A stretch of 64,000 bases of DNA from Vicugna vicugna (taxonomy: Eukaryota), in the NCBI GenBank assembly GCA_013265495.1, contig MU058844.1, positions 4,517,535 through 4,581,534 of the forward strand, read 5' to 3'. Shown one piece after another: positions 57,977 through 64,000 of this stretch. Under the pieces are notes generated by a model, which was not told the DNA's origin, did no database searches, and saw only the letters and a list, made by a program, of their open reading frames with translations. The position numbers were made by a program, and so were the translations under genes. Within the stretch, counting starts at the first letter, position 1. The number at the start of each line of letters is the position of its first letter.

Positions 57977-60900
57977 AAAAAGTGACTATCATCAAGGGCT
58001 GAATTAGTGTCCCAGCTTCCCAAGTAGCCTCTTTGGGGTTGGTTCTACTCTAATCCATTCTCTGCTCTGCAGTCACTGTTCTGAAACACAAATATGATTA
58101 TGTCACTGCCTTCCCTAAATCTCTCCAGTGACACTACAAATCTGAGGATCCTTCATCATCTGTTTTCTATGTACATACCTCTCTGGCATATTTCTGCCTA
58201 CTCTGCCCCCACCTCACATAAGGCTTTACCCCCTGGAAGAACTTCAGTCTTTGCACATACCCCATTTATTCCCCATTTGTCTTTCAACTCTCAATTTAGG
58301 TATGACTTCCTAAATTTAGGCCACAAGTTCCTATCTGCTGCTGTAAAGCTGTATACTTAACTCTAACGTTGAGATTATCGACGTGTATTATAATTGCGTA
58401 TTGACTTGTATATCTCTCCTGTTGACTACACACTTCTGGAATTGTTCAGTCAGCAAAAGAAGCCACAAATTGTTCATCACAAATTTCCACTAGCAGCACC
58501 ATGGCTAGCATACAGTATGTAGTAAATAAATAGCTCATGCTACTCACTGCAATGCTCTTCAAAGGAAGACTCAGGAATCTATTATTTTAACCAATGCTCT
58601 TTGCAACTCTTGTGACTTAACAAGTTTGGGAACATTGGTTTTAAAATTATTACATATTATTGACTATTGCAGACCTGAGTACTACTTATTGGCTTTAGTC
58701 TGCCTGTAGAGCCAATTAAATTAAGCTGCATTAATTACTTACTCTTGCTAGAATTGTCCAGATCTGAGCTCTGCTGACTTGTCCCTGGCTCAGCAGTTGA
58801 TTTTCTGTTTTCCACAGCTCAGTTCCCAGAACCCTTTCATGCATTCACTTTGTTGACAACCCTTTGGACCCCCACCACATCATCATTTTGGAGGTGGCCA
58901 TTTCTTGGTGTTGACTCATTCTTTCTCTCTTGCTACTAATTTACACCCAAATTAAACTTTAACTTACTGAAGCCTCTCACTTCCCAGAATGCAGTTTTCT
59001 AATTTACTTCATGCCCAGGTGTTCCTGAGTCACAACACAGCAATTTCTGTGGGAATGTAGATGTTGCAACTATATAAAAACATTTATTGCATTTTAAGTT
59101 AATGCAAGATGTTTTTTTAACTCTGAATTATTGTATCCTCTCAGGGGATTTAAACACATAAGTAAATATTTCTTGTGGTTCTACAGAACGTAAGAATAAG
59201 TTCTTTAAGAGACAGAAAATTTATATGAATTTTATTATTTCCTACATACTATACTATTTCGTTCTAGCTATAGGGTTGTGTTAGGTAGGCAGCAAGAAGC
59301 TACATATTCAATATGGATGCCAAATCTTTGGAAGTTTTAGGTATCAATTCCGAAATTCATTACTAACTGGAGCACTTTGGGCAAGTGACTTAACTGCTCT
59401 GTAACTTGATTTTTTTCATCTGTAGAAATGGTGATATTAATAGGGTTTTGTGAAGAAGATATGACTTGATGTAAATAAATTGCTTAGAGAAGTATTTGGC
59501 ACACAGTAAGTGCTCAGTTAATACTGAATTTAAAAATACAAACGGAATAAACTTAAATCAATTTTGCCATCAATTTAAAACCAGCTTATAATGGATTAAA
59601 AACAATATATAATCTGTTAACTCATAACTGGGAATTAAACAGTGGAGTAAGGTCAGCACCAGACTTTGTTCAGGGATTAGATTTCTTTCTTTCTCTTTTC
59701 TGTTGGCTCTACACTTTTTTGCATGTAGGTTTGTCTTAAGGATGGCTCCCAGCTAATTGAAAGATGGCTGTCAGCAAAAACAAGGGGATTTTTCTCCACA
59801 CTCATCTAAGTGAAAGAGAGAGAGTGGAATCCCAGCTCTCTTATTCAAGGAATAATGTAGAATTTTCCCAGAAAACTCTATCATTCTTTGCCAGTGAAGT
59901 GGGTACTAGTCATTCCAGAAGTATCACTGATGGGAAGGATAGTTTTCCCTTAAGCTATTAGATTCTACACTTGATTTAAGGTCAGCTGTAAAAACTGCAC
60001 TGAGAGGAGAATATTAGTAAGTTGAGTACAGTATTCATTACATTTTATTTTTCAATTATAAAATGAAGAAGATGGATCAAATGACTGATTACATTCTTTC
60101 TATCTCTGTGGTTTTCCACCAGAGAGAAGAGGTTAGAAGTCCTTAACCATTTTTTGGCACCATAGAATAATTGCAAAGGAAAAAGTCTACACTGGCATGT
60201 AGTCAGTAAAACACCAAAATATAATGTATGGTAATATTTGTGGTTTTTTAGTAGCACATTATATAATAAAAATTACTGTAGCTTGGAAGTAGTGATAAGG
60301 GTAAACAATAGTTAAAGATCTCGATTGTGATTTCAGACATTGCTAATACTACTGTGGATTTATTAATGTTAATATATGCAGAAAATCAAAGAATTTAATG
60401 AAAATAAAGATGTTATTATTTTTCCCGCTTTAGTTCACCACACTCTTTCTATCCATGGACCTCTTAGGATTTCAAGGAGATCAAGAACCCCTGACATAGA
60501 ACATTGTTTTAATAAGTTAATAAAATCCATAATATGAAGGGTCACAGTGTTGGAGGTTCAGTCTTAATTCTCTTTACCATGTACCACAATTTCCCCATAA
60601 TAGGATTATGAGAGTATGTGGCATATTTTCAAAACTAGATTGTGAGCTGCTTAAAGGAGAGAGCCATCTCATCCACATCTTTGATTTACTTATAGCCCTA
60701 CTCTTAGAACTGATTCCAGTAAAATCACTTTGGGGAATTAAAAAAACACAGATGCTCCCCACCTACCACAGACCCTCTAAATCACAAAATGTCTGCATAG
60801 GGACCTGGGAATCTGTATTTCCAAAGTCTTCCAGGATTATTTTGGCAAACAGTTAGCTTTCACCGAGTTGATGATGCACGTTAGACAGCTACTGTCATTT

Positions 60901-63900
60901 AACACCTGGCGTAATGCTCTGCACAAATTACATCCTCAGTAAATGGTTAGAGATTTAAATGAGAGAAGCTAGAACATACAAAAGGAGTTTACATTTCAAA
61001 ACACTACCAAAAGACCCCTCTCACTCAAATATAACATAAAAATGTCCAGAAGAAACAAAGTTTCATTTTTAAGGTTTTTTAAATAACGAAAATACCAGAA
61101 GGCATAACCCATGGCTCTTACATAAGAGTTATTAATACAAATCGCTCCTGCAATTCAGTGCCAGGGAAATTTTAATTTCTCAGATGAACAATTATGGTTC
61201 TACTTATTATAATATAAAAGCCAGGTAGCTTTCACTTGATTGTATAGAATTTACTAGAGGAGTAAGAGACAAGAGGTGGAGCTACTGTTTAGTCACTTAT
61301 GCCTTTGGCATTACAAATGTCACTGTGAGGGTAACCTGGAGGAATCAATCAAACATAATTATTCCAACCTTGGCACCAAACCATGACTAGCTGGCCTTTT
61401 GGATCCAAATTTCAGACATTTTCAGCCCCAATACCACAGTGTTATTTCTGAAACGTAAGAGAACACATTTCTTGAGAATACTGCCAAGGAAACTATGGGT
61501 TAGCTATGTGCAGATTTATTTAAATATTAATCTATGTCCATATATTACAAATTGACTGTAGCTAAGATATGTCCATGTACGTATACTACTTGTGCCAGTT
61601 GACTAACAAGAATGCTCTTAATTAATCATGAATCCTTTACAAATGGATTGGAAAACTCTTCTTACCATGGATGGCTAGAGCCAGTGGCAGCATTTACCCC
61701 TCCCTTTTACTCTGCACCATTTGCTTCTGTCTATAAGTTATGGAATAGTCTGTTTCTCCCTGGTTGAATTCAGAAGCTCTTAAATTCCTTTGCATTTTCT
61801 CATAGTTTATTATCTCAAGACCACACTGTAACAACTGTACTGTTCCTGTTGTCTTTCCTTCTGTATGTAATGAACTACTTTACTTTGTGTACAGCCTTAA
61901 ACAAGCCTTAAACTCTTTGCTCCTTTCTTTTTACTTAAGCTCTCAAAGTTACAATTTCACATTTTGCCTAGCTATCTTCCTCCAAACTAACCTTAGGTAC
62001 ATCAGTCCTTTAATAAACTGCATTTATGGACACAGAACAAAAAGATATCAACCTCGTTGTCACTTCCTCCAGGAGTATTCTTTGACACCTAAAGTACAGG
62101 TTAGGGTTCCTCGATCGTAAGCCACAACAACTAAGTTCAGCTAATAGAAGCACAACAGAATTTATAGGATGACTATCTGGGCTCTCAGAACTGAGAGTTA
62201 GGGAAAAGCGTTGGAGGCTATAGGAAGCAGGAAGCTCAGCAACTCTCTTACAGCAGGAACCATCTGCTTTGGCTGCATCAGTGGGGATGAATAAAGGATT
62301 CTAACAGTTTCTTTTATACTTGTGATACTCACTGAAGGTGTATGCTCTGGAAAAAAGCAGCTGATCACTGAGCTAAGCTAATACATTTAAGCCCTGAATT
62401 AACTGGGCTATGAAAAGAAAGAACTTGAATGTTTCCATATTTGTAGGGTGAGTCAGGCATATGAATTTACCATTCTATCAATACTCAATGGAAAGGCAAT
62501 TCCCCACAAGGAAACCCAGAATCTTTAGGAAGGGAGAATAAAGCAAGGGTCCTCAAAAATACGAATGTCCACTATGTTGTGGCTTCTGATCGTCCCCATA
62601 GCACTCTATGCTTCCCTACTCTCGGCACTTACTGTGTTATCTTCCTATTCTCTACATACTTCACTGGATTCTAAATTCTGGGAGGGCAAAGACCATGCTT
62701 GTCTCTTTTTTTTTTATCACAGTATACATCTTCTAGACTTAACATAGGGTTTGGTACATATAATAAATAAATGCTGAATGAACAAAATTTTTTTGACAGA
62801 TTTGACTTAAGTCATTGTGTCGCCAGTCTCTCACTATACTTCTGTGACAACAGCAAAAAACCTACCTCAAATATACTTAACTAATTGTGAAAATTTATTC
62901 AGTCATCTGACTGAAAAGACCAGAAGTAGATTCAGGTATCACCAAGAACCGGTTTCTTTTTCTCAGCCCAGCCTTTGGCATAGCCTCAGTAGTGGTTTCC
63001 TCACAGTCTTGAAATGGTGGCCAGTGGCCACCAGAACTATGAATGTCCTTTTTAAATGTCCATCAGACAAAAGAGACAGATTTGCATCTAGAATTCCTGG
63101 ATCCGAGATGAAGAGAATCACTCCTTGATATACTGGTTTGGTCACCTGCTGCCTCCTGGACTAAATCCTTTGCTTAATAGGAAGGAATGAGCTTATTTTT
63201 CAGCCTGGCACTAGGACTGGAGTCTGATTTCCTGGGTCTACTTCACTTCTTTAAGTAATTTGGAAAGTGGTAGGAAGGAAAGGTTTCTAGTGAGACTACC
63301 AGCAAATACCTGTATCACCAGTCAAGCTTTCTGGCCAGTAATGGCCACACACTGACCTCTTCTGGGTATGACCCCATCCCACAGGGTATACTGTCATTCT
63401 GTTTACTTCTCTTTCAGATTCCTAGAAAAGCTTATTAATCTCGCTTCTGTGGGTGAAGTAAAAAACAAACAAAATCTAGAAATGCTTCTGTATGGTCAAG
63501 AAAAGTTATACTCTGAAACAACTGATATCTTTTCTGTAATAGTTCTCTGTTTTCACCTTTCATCCTTTCTCCTTTGCATGTCTGGCTGATGGAGACGGCA
63601 AGTAAACTTCTGCTTCCATCAAAGGTTGTCCAGAGATGGAAAAGTCTTTAGTCTCAGCCCTGTGTAAAATCCTATACTCCTCTTGTTTAATTCCCACAAC
63701 TACAATTTGGTTTTGCTGACACAATTATGGAGAGTGATGGACTAAGGCAGGGAGAAGAGACAGCTGAAATAGCTTTTTGCCTAATCCCCAGAAATCTTTA
63801 TGTATTCCTCTTCAAGTAAGAAAAAAATCCAGAGAAAAGCTTTCTAGAGGATGTTCCAATAGCCACATTTATCAAAATACCATATAATGTCATTCAAGGG

Positions 63901-64000
63901 TGTTAATGGGGTGCAGTATTTAACCAATTCAGCATCTTATTCTTCACTTGCTAGCATCTTATCTATTATCTATTATGTGTTATTATTAAGTACCTATTTG

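Noticed and set aside
63418..63600. Acceptor-like site (ttctctttcag) with a short ORF
   Set aside because: No partner exons or recognisable product in the window.

Overview
Mammalian genomic DNA: AT-rich, with introns and many interspersed repeats. The tRNA-derived SINEs resemble camelid ones, which is inference only. Three genes can be reconstructed from the sequence, and they match the human 12q21 CEP290-C12orf29-C12orf50 order. (1) The last coding segment and 3' UTR of CEP290 (+, 2..214). (2) The complete 7-exon RLIG1/C12orf29 gene (-, 999..13007). It encodes a 325-aa ATP-dependent 5'-3' RNA ligase with all nucleotidyltransferase motif residues intact. It lies tail-to-tail with CEP290 and starts in a CpG island. 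(3) The complete 13-coding-exon C12orf50 gene (+, 16796..35137, 468 aa). Here it has an intact ZC3H11A-like triple-CCCH N-terminus, 54 aa longer than the 414-aa human reference as I recall it, plus an intronic duplicate of one coding exon. From about 35.5 kb to the end the window is gene-poor, with ERVL/MaLR/ERV1 LTR remnants, L1/L2/MIR, MER DNA transposons and microsatellites. Repeat family names come from motif recognition and are approximate.
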